This document shows, piece by piece, positions 9,214 to 17,581 of a stretch of 64,000 nucleotides of DNA. How positions within the stretch are numbered: position 1 is the stretch's first letter; every line of letters starts with the position of its first letter. The notes beneath the pieces were generated by a model. It saw nothing but the letters and a program-made list of their open reading frames with translations. It did not search any database and was not told the origin of the DNA. The translations under genes were made by a program, and so were the position numbers. Source of the DNA: Candidatus Binatus sp. (GTDB lineage Bacteria > Acidobacteriota > Terriglobia > Terriglobales > Acidobacteriaceae); the NCBI GenBank assembly GCA_035482825.1, contig DATHQJ010000044.1, forward strand, positions 2,164-66,163, in the 5' to 3' direction.

Positions 9214-10911
9214 TTACCGTGTCGGCTCAGTCACTTTCAGTACTTGGTCCGCCGAAACGTTTTGCAGAGTTTGAACAATTCCCGAGGGCCAGTGAATTTC
9301 GACCAGTTCGGCACGAATATCCGGGCCCAGGCCGAAATGGACCGGGCCATCGCTCGACGACGCGTACCCGACGCTGGTGGTCATGTGGTTGTATTGAGCG
9401 CCGCTCTTGCTGACAAGCTTGATGCGAGCGCCAATGCCGTCGCGGTTGCTCTTGGTTCCATGCAGAGCGATGTCGAGCCAGTGGCCGGACTTCTGGCTGC
9501 GGTTCATCCAGATTTCGGCGTCCTGGCCGAGGGCAGTTACCACCACGTCGACGCGGCCGTCGCCGTCGAGATCGCCGAAGGCGCAGCCCCGATGGCGGGC
9601 TGGCGGAGCCGATTTGAATCCCGCTTCCTCGGTCAACAGCGCCCATTTTCCGCTCAAGCCAGAATTGAGAACACCAGGATTTCGAAAAACGGCATTCGGT
9701 TCATCGACTGCCTGTCCATTCAACTTGATCGACTGGACGTGGCCACCGCTCACAAATAGATCCTTCCATCCATCGTTATCGAAGTCATATAATCCGGCGC
9801 CAAACCCCGACATCTTAAGGCTGGCCTCGCGCATGCCACTCTCGCTCGTGACTTCCCGGAAATTCCCTTTGCCCGTGTTCTGGAATAGCGGGAAAGACTG
9901 ATTGACCAGGGCAACAAACGCTATATCGGGATAGCCATCGTTATTGAAGTCGCGAAAATCCAGTCCCATGCCCGAGATGAAGCCGCCGTCTTCAGTGAGA
10001 GCGACACCGGCCTCGAAGGCGACTTCCTCGAACTTGTTGCCCATGTTATGGAACAGCGAATTGTAGAGCGCGTCGTTAGTGACGAATAAGTCCGGTCGGC
10101 CGTCGAGATCGTAATCGGCCATGCCAACGCCCATCCCTTTGCCGACGTGGCTGCGCAGTCCCCACTCTTTCGAAACCTCGCGAAAAGTGCCGTCACCCTG
10201 GTTCAGAAACAGCTGGTTGGGTTGGCCCTTGTAGAACTTCGGACTACAGTAGTCGGCAACGCCCCCGACCGCGCACAGCGGCTGGTCCGAATACGTCCAT
10301 TGCACGTAATTGACGACGAAGAGATCGAGCAGACCGTCGTTGTTAACGTCGACCCAGGCTGCCGTGATCGCCCAGTAAGCGCCAAACTCAGGATCAGGAT
10401 GATTCACGCTGGCGTCCAGTCCGGACTTTACAGTCACGTCGGTGAAGGTGCCATCGCCATTGTTGTGGTAAAGCGTGCTGTGGTGCAGGCCGGCGACAAA
10501 CAGGTCAGGATGGCCGTCGTTATCGTAGTCCGCTACCGCAACGCCCATGTCGTAGCCGGAGCCGGCCAGGCCCGCCGCGTCGGTCACGTCGGTGAATTTC
10601 CCGTTGCCGTCATTGCGGAAGAGGCGGTTGCGGTACTTGGGGGAGTCTTTTTTCAGGGTGGCGATGTTGGCGCCGTTGGTGAAGAAGATGTCCGGACGAC
10701 CGTCCCCGTTGTAGTCGAAGACGGCCACGCCGCCGGGCAGCGTCTCCGGCGCATTCTTGGCCGGGGTTGGGTCGTTCTCCAGACGGAAGGGGATGGCGGT
10801 GAGTTCGAAACGGATGGGGCTTGGGGTGGAAGCACCTTGGAGCAGAACAACCGTAGCCAGGCTCAATGCCGAAGCAGCAGTGATTCGTCGAGCCAGCCCG
10901 TGAAGAAGCAT
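9214..10911 (-). CDS. CRTAC1-family protein (FG-GAP/VCBS beta-propeller repeats plus C-terminal ASPIC/UnbV domain), paralog 1
   Basis: Repeated FDYNGDGRPDIF, DYDNDGHPDLF, DVNNDGLLDLF, DYDLDGRPDLF, DFNNDGYPDI, DFDNDGWKDLF, DLDGDGRVDVV motifs. UnbV-like end HWLDIALHGTKSNRDGIGARIKL. The start is moved to ATG 10911 because the 10959 start would include the terminator hairpin at 10941-10964. Confidence 0.88.
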   Translation of the reverse strand: MLLHGLARRITAASALSLATVVLLQGASTPSPIRFELTAIPFRLENDPTPAKNAPETLPGGVAVFDYNGDGRPDIFFTNGANIATLKKDSPKYRNRLFRNDGNGKFTDVTDAAGLAGSGYDMGVAVADYDNDGHPDLFVAGLHHSTLYHNNGDGTFTDVTVKSGLDASVNHPDPEFGAYWAITAAWVDVNNDGLLDLFVVNYVQWTYSDQPLCAVGGVADYCSPKFYKGQPNQLFLNQGDGTFREVSKEWGLRSHVGKGMGVGMADYDLDGRPDLFVTNDALYNSLFHNMGNKFEEVAFEAGVALTEDGGFISGMGLDFRDFNNDGYPDIAFVALVNQSFPLFQNTGKGNFREVTSESGMREASLKMSGFGAGLYDFDNDGWKDLFVSGGHVQSIKLNGQAVDEPNAVFRNPGVLNSGLSGKWALLTEEAGFKSAPPARHRGCAFGDLDGDGRVDVVVTALGQDAEIWMNRSQKSGHWLDIALHGTKSNRDGIGARIKLVSKSGAQYNHMTTSVGYASSSDGPVHFGLGPDIRAELVEIHWPSGIVQTLQNVSADQVLKVTEPTR

Positions 10912-10930
10912 TCGCGTTCCTAAAACACTT

Positions 10931-10964
10931 CCACAAAAATAAGGGGTGGCTTGCGCCACCCCTT
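10931..10964 (-). terminator. Rho-independent terminator downstream of the TBDR-like gene
   Basis: Perfect 10-bp GC-rich stem AAGGGGTGGC/GCCACCCCTT (10941-10950 / 10955-10964) with a 4-nt loop. On the minus strand it is followed by ATTTTTGTGG. It lies 27 nt after the stop codon at 10992-10994. Confidence 0.8.
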
Positions 10965-10991
10965 GGATGATTCTACCTCACGAACTTCAGC

Positions 10992-13900
10992 CTAGAAGTA
11001 CCACTTCACGGCAAAGTTCAGGATACGGGCGCCCACCTTGAATGCCGGAACGCCTGTGGTGGTGGCATTCGTGTTCGTCGGCGCGATGCCCGTAACCTGC
11101 GGATTGCAAAACCCATTAACGACCGGGGAACCCAAGGCAGCGCACTCGTTGCCGTTGCTTCCGCTGGCAGACCCACTGATCGGCACGGTGTAGTTGTGCG
11201 CAAAACTGATCGACTCGTCGGAGGTGTTCGCTAATCCGAACTGACGCAACGGGTGATTCAGGAAGTTGACGGCCGATATGCGGAACTGCAGTTTCTGCCG
11301 TTCGGTGATCTGGAAATTCTTGAACAGGGCCAGATCGCTGTCAAAGTAGGCCGGACCCCTCATATAGGGCCATTCCTCGACACCTTGTTGTCCGTAAGCC
11401 GGCATACCGAAGCAGTTCGGGTTGAAATACGCACCTGAGGCATGTTGTCTGGGGTTGCAGACCAACGTGGGCAGGAGGTTGTTATAGGAGCTCGAGCCAA
11501 ACCATGTGGACGTGCTCACATTGGCCGAATGCAAACCATTTGCCATCACGATTGTGTTGTCGGGAAGATCCGGCGCCTGATTGGTCGGATAGCTCACGCC
11601 CGGATATTGGGCATTCAGGGTGAGAGCGTTGGCTTGCAGGTTCGCACCACTTTGGAACGTGGTGTAGCCCGAGAACTGCCATCCATTCACCGTTCCCCCC
11701 AGAATCGGGTTGCCGTGAACGAACTTGGGCATGTTCCACACATAGGACAGGTTCAGGATGTGGGTGTGGTCGTAGGCCAGCGGACCATAGTCATTGTGGA
11801 TGCTGAAGGGGTCACCTCCGACACCATTGCCCGGTCCGTTGTTGGTCTGTCCGTCCAGGATGCCCAGAACCTTGCCGAAGGTGTAATTCGCCAGGAAGGT
11901 AACCGGGCCGGACTGTTTCTGCCAGGTCACTTGCAGCGAATTATAGTTCGCATAGCTGCCGTGAAACAGCACGTCAACGTTCGAGTAGTTAAGCAGGGGC
12001 CGGTAATCGTTGGGTTGGAAATTCTGCGTATACGCGCCGGCGGGGGCGCTCGCGCAACCAACCCACTGACTATTGAAGGGAGTAGAAGACATACAGGCTG
12101 GTGCGTTCGGAGACACATTTATCCCGGTGACGTGGTCGGGAAGGAAAAAACTGCCAGGCAAGATGTTATTCACGTTCCCTAGATTGGTGCCAGATCCGTC
12201 GATCCATTCATTTTGACTCTTATTGGCCACGTACGATACTTCCAGGACCGAACGCCACGGAAGGGCCTCAGAGATCGTCACGTTCCAGTTCATGGTCAAC
12301 GGGGTCTTATTGTCTCCCTGGAGAATGGCATCGACGCTTGATCCATTCTGAAAGACGCCGGGGGGAGGTGTAAAGGCTGCGGTCCCACTGTTAATCTGCC
12401 CGTACCCGGTGCTGGTGCCGGTGCCCGTATTAAATACGAACGAACCCTGAGGCCCGCCGGACGCCTCGCCTCCCTGGTTTTGGGAGACTTGGTAGTGGAA
12501 TATGGCGAAGCCGCTACGCAGCACCGTCTTTCCGTTTCCGAAGACGTCATAGGCCAAGCCGACGCGCGGTTCGTAGTAGAACAGCGGAGATACGAAGCCG
12601 GACAGCGGTATCTTGCTGTCGATGGCATGCCACAACAGGCCAGTGTTGGGGCACGTCGTCACTCCGGTTGAATCTACGGGGCACGCTCCGCCGTTGGGCG
12701 CGAAAGCCGTCGCGGGGCCGCTGACATAGCTGCCTGGATCCCACACCTGATTTCCCTGCTTGGTGCCGTACCACTGGCCGACGTGATCGAAGCGCAATCC
12801 GTAATTCAACGTCAGTTGGCGATTCGCCTTGAACGAATCCTGGGCATAGAGAGACCACTGATGGAATTTGAAGTCGTTCACCGGGATCGAACTGGTCTGC
12901 CCGTAGCCCGAGGTGCGGCCGAGCTCGAAGTCGGCAATCACGTTCCCTGAGCTGTTGGGGCCCCAGCCGCCTACGTTGAAGGTGCCGTTGTCGCAAGGTC
13001 CAAGGCCGCCCGGAGAGCCATAGCCGCAGGTCGACTGAATATTCTCACTGGTATCCCAGTAGAAGCCGGCTTTCACGGTATGGTTGCCGATCACTTTTGT
13101 GAAGTTGTCGTAGAGCGCCGGATCGCGCTTGATAGCGCCATAACCGTTGTTACCCCCAAAGCCTCCGTCAAACGAGAACTCTGAGATGTTGGGGAGAGCT
13201 CCGCCCCAGGGACCCTCGAAGTTCGGGATCTGCTTGGTGGTATGGCCAAAGTATCCCTGGACCGTGACCCCAAACGTGGCACGACTGGCGGCATTGGGAT
13301 TGACGAGAGTGGCGGGGTTGATATAGCGCGCAAAGGTGAACACAAATTCGTTGGTGGTCGTGGGATTGAAGACGTGGGTCAGGTTCGACATGATCTCGTT
13401 CGAAGTAGTGGCCGCCGACACACTCGACGGATAGGGCAACGTCCACGCCGGAGTCCACCAGACACTGATGGGATGCTGATCGTTTTCGATTTGCCGGGTG
13501 TAGGAGACGGTCAGCTTGGTGTTGTCGCTGATGGCGTAATCCACCTTGCCCGTGGCTTCCCAGCGGTTCTGCGGAATGCTCTCGATTAATCCGTAGTTAC
13601 TCCAGCCGTTGGCCGGGGAGGGAGTTTCGTTGGCCTTCGGCATCCAGTTCAGAAGGCCGACGATGTTGGAGTCGAAATCGCTGGTTGGCATTGACGACCC
13701 GCCCCCTGGCAAATTGTAAACACCAGCGTAGGCTGCGGCGTACGCGCCAGACACACCTTTATAAAGCGCCGAAGGCTGTCCCGCGGTGATGCCGGGCTGG
13801 CCATTGATGGTGGCGTTGCTGAAGTCGCCCCCTCTTTGTTCGACCGTCGGCACGTTGAAGTTGAGCGGGCTCGCCGCCGGGTGCTGGTCCATGTATTCAT

Positions 13901-14894
13901 AACCAGCCCAGAAGAAGAGTTTCTTGCGACTCTTATTAAAGTCGAGACCTGGGATCAGGATCGGGCCGCCAATGTTTCCGCCACCGTAATAATAATGCTC
14001 GGCGGAGTTGGGTACACCCTGGCTGTGGGCGAATGCGTCGTCGGAGTTCAAAGCGCTGTTGCGAGCGTAGAGATAAGCTTCGCCGTGGAACTGATTGCCG
14101 CCGGTCTTGCTGAACGCCTGGAAAATCACCGGTCCCTTGGCGTATTCAGCGCTGTAGGACGACATGAGCACCTTAACTTCAGAGACCATGTCCTGGTTGA
14201 TGTTGGCGATCTGAGTGCCGGCGTTGCCGGGATCGACCAGGTTGGCACCGTCGAGCATGTACGCCATCGCGCCGTAGGGCTGGGTGCCATTGGAAGAGTA
14301 GGCTCCCACCGGGCCAGAGTTCGTGCCGACCACTTTGTCGTTAAACCCAGACCCCTGCGCCAAGCCGTTGGTCAGGGCCATTCCAGGCATGATCTTCAAC
14401 AACTCGCCCGCGTCGCGGCCGACGATCGGGATATCTTCGATTAATTCCTGATTGATGGTGGTGCTGACCTCGGAGTTGTCGGGGATGACAACATCGGACC
14501 CGGCCTTGATCTCGACGGTCTCGCTCACCTTGCCGACTTCAAGCTTGATGCTGGGGAGGGTTCTACTGTCGCCCTGGGAGAAGACAATTCCGCCCTGATC
14601 CCACGTCTTGAAGCCCGCAGCCTCGATCGACACCGAGTAAGTTCCAGGCTGAACGGCCGTAATCGTGAAGTAGCCCGAGCCGTTCGACACGGTGGTGCGC
14701 ACGTCGCCGGAAGCCTCGTTCTTCATGGTCACTTTCGCGTTGGGAACGACCGCTCCGGCTGAATCGGTAACCGTAGCACTCAGGGTGCCGGTTAGCTGCT
14801 GGGCGAAACCATTCGACGCCAGCAGGATGAGAACCAGCAGCAGAGCTGCCGCGCCCGCGATCTTCTTCAATGTTGAGAATTCAGTGGTGATCAT
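10992..14894 (-). CDS. Giant TonB-dependent-receptor-like outer-membrane protein with N-terminal carboxypeptidase-regulatory-like domain
   Basis: ATG 14894 is preceded by GGAGG, followed by signal peptide MITTEFSTLKKIAGAAALLLVLILLASNGFAQ. CarboxypepD_reg segment: GTLSATVTDSAGAVVPNAKVTMKNEASG..GYFTITAVQPGTYSVSIEAAGF. A long Gly/Asn/Tyr-rich beta-barrel follows, ending in aromatic ..AVKWYF. Confidence 0.88.
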   Translation of the reverse strand: MITTEFSTLKKIAGAAALLLVLILLASNGFAQQLTGTLSATVTDSAGAVVPNAKVTMKNEASGDVRTTVSNGSGYFTITAVQPGTYSVSIEAAGFKTWDQGGIVFSQGDSRTLPSIKLEVGKVSETVEIKAGSDVVIPDNSEVSTTINQELIEDIPIVGRDAGELLKIMPGMALTNGLAQGSGFNDKVVGTNSGPVGAYSSNGTQPYGAMAYMLDGANLVDPGNAGTQIANINQDMVSEVKVLMSSYSAEYAKGPVIFQAFSKTGGNQFHGEAYLYARNSALNSDDAFAHSQGVPNSAEHYYYGGGNIGGPILIPGLDFNKSRKKLFFWAGYEYMDQHPAASPLNFNVPTVEQRGGDFSNATINGQPGITAGQPSALYKGVSGAYAAAYAGVYNLPGGGSSMPTSDFDSNIVGLLNWMPKANETPSPANGWSNYGLIESIPQNRWEATGKVDYAISDNTKLTVSYTRQIENDQHPISVWWTPAWTLPYPSSVSAATTSNEIMSNLTHVFNPTTTNEFVFTFARYINPATLVNPNAASRATFGVTVQGYFGHTTKQIPNFEGPWGGALPNISEFSFDGGFGGNNGYGAIKRDPALYDNFTKVIGNHTVKAGFYWDTSENIQSTCGYGSPGGLGPCDNGTFNVGGWGPNSSGNVIADFELGRTSGYGQTSSIPVNDFKFHQWSLYAQDSFKANRQLTLNYGLRFDHVGQWYGTKQGNQVWDPGSYVSGPATAFAPNGGACPVDSTGVTTCPNTGLLWHAIDSKIPLSGFVSPLFYYEPRVGLAYDVFGNGKTVLRSGFAIFHYQVSQNQGGEASGGPQGSFVFNTGTGTSTGYGQINSGTAAFTPPPGVFQNGSSVDAILQGDNKTPLTMNWNVTISEALPWRSVLEVSYVANKSQNEWIDGSGTNLGNVNNILPGSFFLPDHVTGINVSPNAPACMSSTPFNSQWVGCASAPAGAYTQNFQPNDYRPLLNYSNVDVLFHGSYANYNSLQVTWQKQSGPVTFLANYTFGKVLGILDGQTNNGPGNGVGGDPFSIHNDYGPLAYDHTHILNLSYVWNMPKFVHGNPILGGTVNGWQFSGYTTFQSGANLQANALTLNAQYPGVSYPTNQAPDLPDNTIVMANGLHSANVSTSTWFGSSSYNNLLPTLVCNPRQHASGAYFNPNCFGMPAYGQQGVEEWPYMRGPAYFDSDLALFKNFQITERQKLQFRISAVNFLNHPLRQFGLANTSDESISFAHNYTVPISGSASGSNGNECAALGSPVVNGFCNPQVTGIAPTNTNATTTGVPAFKVGARILNFAVKWYF

Positions 14895-15194
14895 TGCCCC
14901 TCCCCGATTTTCGTGAAACCTTGCCCACAACCCCAGTGCCTTGACTCCAACTCCGTCCCCGGAGAACAGCTGGCACTTTTCAGAGGACCGTAAGCGATTA
15001 CATAGTGCTTTCCTACTATTCCACGAGACGACGCAACTTACCCCCTATGGATGTGCACTGTCAAGAGAAAAAACGATATTTCAAGGAAAGCGTGCATATT
15101 TGAACCAGCGAGGGTACACTGGCCGTCTGATCGGGCCAGAATCGTAGAAGAACCCCGCCCATCCGAACGGAAGGCGGGCTTGGTGAGGTGGTGT

Positions 15195-17426
15195 ATGACT
15201 GCTCGAATTCTTCTGGTATTTGCCTTGAACACGGTGATTGCCACCACTCCACTGCTCTGCCAAACCAGTTCCCCACCTGCGGCTGACACCGACCGCGCTG
15301 TCATTCACACCAGCACCCGGGAAGTGCTGCTCGATCTGGTGGCGCGCGACAAGCACCACCACCCGGTCACAGATCTGCGGCCCGAGGAAGTGGAAATCTA
15401 CGAGGATGGGGTTCGCCAGAACATTCGAGTGTTTCGCAACATTCAGGGCCGCGATGAACTGGCCAACGAACGTGACGATCCGGGAACCCAGAAGCCTGCC
15501 CTTCCGGCCAAGAGCGGCGAAACTCCGCATCCGTTGAATACGATGCGGCAAGTCAATTTCGTTTCGGTGGTGTTTGCGCAGGTCGCTCCTCTGAACCTGG
15601 AATTCGCGCGGCGCGCGCTGCAGGAATTTCTCAAGAGCGACAACCTACCGAACACGTACGTGACCATCTACCGGCTGGATCGCACTTTGCAACTACTGCA
15701 GCCCTATACTATCGACAAAGATGCGATGGCCAAGGCAGTGGATGTAGCCACCAAGGGCTTGAGAGGCGGAGGCCAGCTCGATGTCTCGTCAGAGGTGGCG
15801 AGCAGCGCGCTTGCAACGCTGAACGCAACAGCAGAGAACATTCTAGCGTCTCCGTCCACCGGACCAACCACGGCCGCCGCTGTCCAAAACCTTCTGCTGA
15901 ATCCGCTGCCGGCGATAGCCCACGATCCCCTGTTTGCAGCGAATGCCGCTTCGCAGGATGCGTCTGTCCAGCTCGGCAATGCCCTTCTCGTTCAAGCCGC
16001 CCTAGCCAAGGGATTGCGCTTCGCCACCAGTTTGTCGGACGGCATGGACGCCATGGACTCGCTGCATGAATTGGTGCGCAGCGAGGAACTCTTGCCCGGC
16101 AGAAAAGTCGTTCTGTACCTCGCGGATGGGCTGACGTTTCCCACTAACCGGCGCGACGCCGTGGACAATCTCATCAGTTATGCCAACCGCTCCGGGGTGT
16201 CGTTCTACACCATCGACACGCGCGGGCTAAACGTGGAAGACCCGATGATGCAGGCCTTGGCGGCCCAGCGCCGCACCGGGGCTGAGAGTGTGGCTCAAAA
16301 GGTCGACCCGATGAACGGACATCTCGAAGATGATGACGTGCAATTGACCGCAGTCGCCAGCGCTCAGCTCGCGATGCGGGAATTAGCCGAGTCGACGGGA
16401 GGTTTCGCAGTCACGAATACCAACGAAATATCCCTGCCCATGCAGCACATGATGGAAGACATCCGCAGCCACTACGAACTGGCGTACGCGCCGACCTCAA
16501 CGAATTACGATGGGCACTTCCGAAAAATCGATGTGAAGATCAGCCGGCCAAAAATTACGCTGCAGACGCGGAAGGGCTACTACGCCGTACCCGACCTGAA
16601 TGGAGAGCCGCTCCAACCTTTCGAACTGCTGGCCCTGAATGCGATGAACACACCGCACGCGGACCAGGGATTTCCCTACCAGGTTTCGGCCATGAAGTTC
16701 CGGCCGCAGGAGAATGCAGTCGAGTATGAACTCACGTTCGAGGTCCCGCTGTCAGGCATCAAGGCGATCACCGATAAGAAAACCGGGGACCTGAGTTTTC
16801 GAGCCGCGCTGGTCGCATTCATTCACGATTCCACGGGAGAGATCGTGAGAAAGGTGAGTCGCGAATTGGCTCGAAAAGTTTCCGCCGGGGATGTCGCTCA
16901 GATGCAGGCCGATCGCATTCTCTATGCCGAACCGGTGGACTTGCAGCCTGGTCATTATGTAATCGACACGGCCGTGACCGACGAGCAGACTGGCCGGACA
17001 TCGGCGAAGCGGGTCTCGGTTTTCGTCGATCCCGGGAAGAATCTCTCCTTAAGTTCTCTGGGATTGGTGCGCCGCTTCGAACCTCTGACGGGCCCACGCA
17101 ATCTCCTTAGTCCTTTTGATCTGGAAAATGGCCGGGTCACTCCCACCCTGGTCGATTCGGTCGCGTCGGGAAACCCGCTCAGTCTTTACTTCGTGGTCTA
17201 TCCGACGAAGGCTACGACCGCCGAGGAAACAAAACTTACGGTGCAATTGATGAGGGATGGACGAGAAATCGCCCGCAAGCCCTTGAGTTTGTCCCAACCC
17301 GGACCTGACGGTTCGATTCCCATGTTCGTGCAGCTCAGTCCTGGCCCGGGACAGTGCGATGTACTGGTCACCGCCAAGCAGGGAACTGCGGTTGCCGAAT
17401 CAAGCCTGTCCGTCAGGATCGAGTAA
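15195..17426 (+). CDS. VWA domain-containing protein (VWFA-related acidobacterial family), paralog 1
   Basis: ATG 15195 after GAGGTGG, with signal peptide MTARILLVFALNTVIATTPLLCQ. Family motifs are shared with the two paralogs: VLLDLVARD..V.DL..EEVEIYEDG, VSFYTIDTRG, ESTGGFA, YELAYAPTSTNYDGHFRKIDVKI..RKGYYA. Confidence 0.88.
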   Translation: MTARILLVFALNTVIATTPLLCQTSSPPAADTDRAVIHTSTREVLLDLVARDKHHHPVTDLRPEEVEIYEDGVRQNIRVFRNIQGRDELANERDDPGTQKPALPAKSGETPHPLNTMRQVNFVSVVFAQVAPLNLEFARRALQEFLKSDNLPNTYVTIYRLDRTLQLLQPYTIDKDAMAKAVDVATKGLRGGGQLDVSSEVASSALATLNATAENILASPSTGPTTAAAVQNLLLNPLPAIAHDPLFAANAASQDASVQLGNALLVQAALAKGLRFATSLSDGMDAMDSLHELVRSEELLPGRKVVLYLADGLTFPTNRRDAVDNLISYANRSGVSFYTIDTRGLNVEDPMMQALAAQRRTGAESVAQKVDPMNGHLEDDDVQLTAVASAQLAMRELAESTGGFAVTNTNEISLPMQHMMEDIRSHYELAYAPTSTNYDGHFRKIDVKISRPKITLQTRKGYYAVPDLNGEPLQPFELLALNAMNTPHADQGFPYQVSAMKFRPQENAVEYELTFEVPLSGIKAITDKKTGDLSFRAALVAFIHDSTGEIVRKVSRELARKVSAGDVAQMQADRILYAEPVDLQPGHYVIDTAVTDEQTGRTSAKRVSVFVDPGKNLSLSSLGLVRRFEPLTGPRNLLSPFDLENGRVTPTLVDSVASGNPLSLYFVVYPTKATTAEETKLTVQLMRDGREIARKPLSLSQPGPDGSIPMFVQLSPGPGQCDVLVTAKQGTAVAESSLSVRIE

Positions 17427-17464
17427 GCGAGGATTGAGGCGAGGATCGAAGCCAAGGATCGAAG
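17415..17464 (+). repeat. Four tandem copies of (C/G)(A/G)AGGAT(C/T)GA(A)G spaced 12-15 nt, straddling the VWA-1 stop codon
   Basis: AGGATCGAG 17415-17423, AGGATTGAG 17430-17438, AGGATCGAAG 17442-17451, AGGATCGAAG 17455-17464. The stop TAA is at 17424-17426. Confidence 0.7.
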
Positions 17465-17581
17465 CGAGAAGCCGGTCGGCCATTCGTGCCGCCCTCGATG
17501 CAAAACTGTTGACAATTGGCGAACCTACCTGGGGTAGAATCGTTCGGCTGAAACAAGTGGCCGGCAGCCCGGGATGTTCGC

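Noticed and set aside
14971-14986. TGGCAC at 14971-14976 in the porin/VWA-1 divergent spacer, as a possible sigma-54 -24 element.
   Set aside because: The -12 position (5 nt downstream) reads AGAGG rather than TTGC(A/T), and no enhancer-binding protein gene is nearby.
17509-17540. TTGACA ... TAGAAT as a sigma-70 promoter for VWA-2.
   Set aside because: The spacer is 20 nt, outside the 16-18 nt canonical range. Only the -10-like box is kept, as a low-interest observation.
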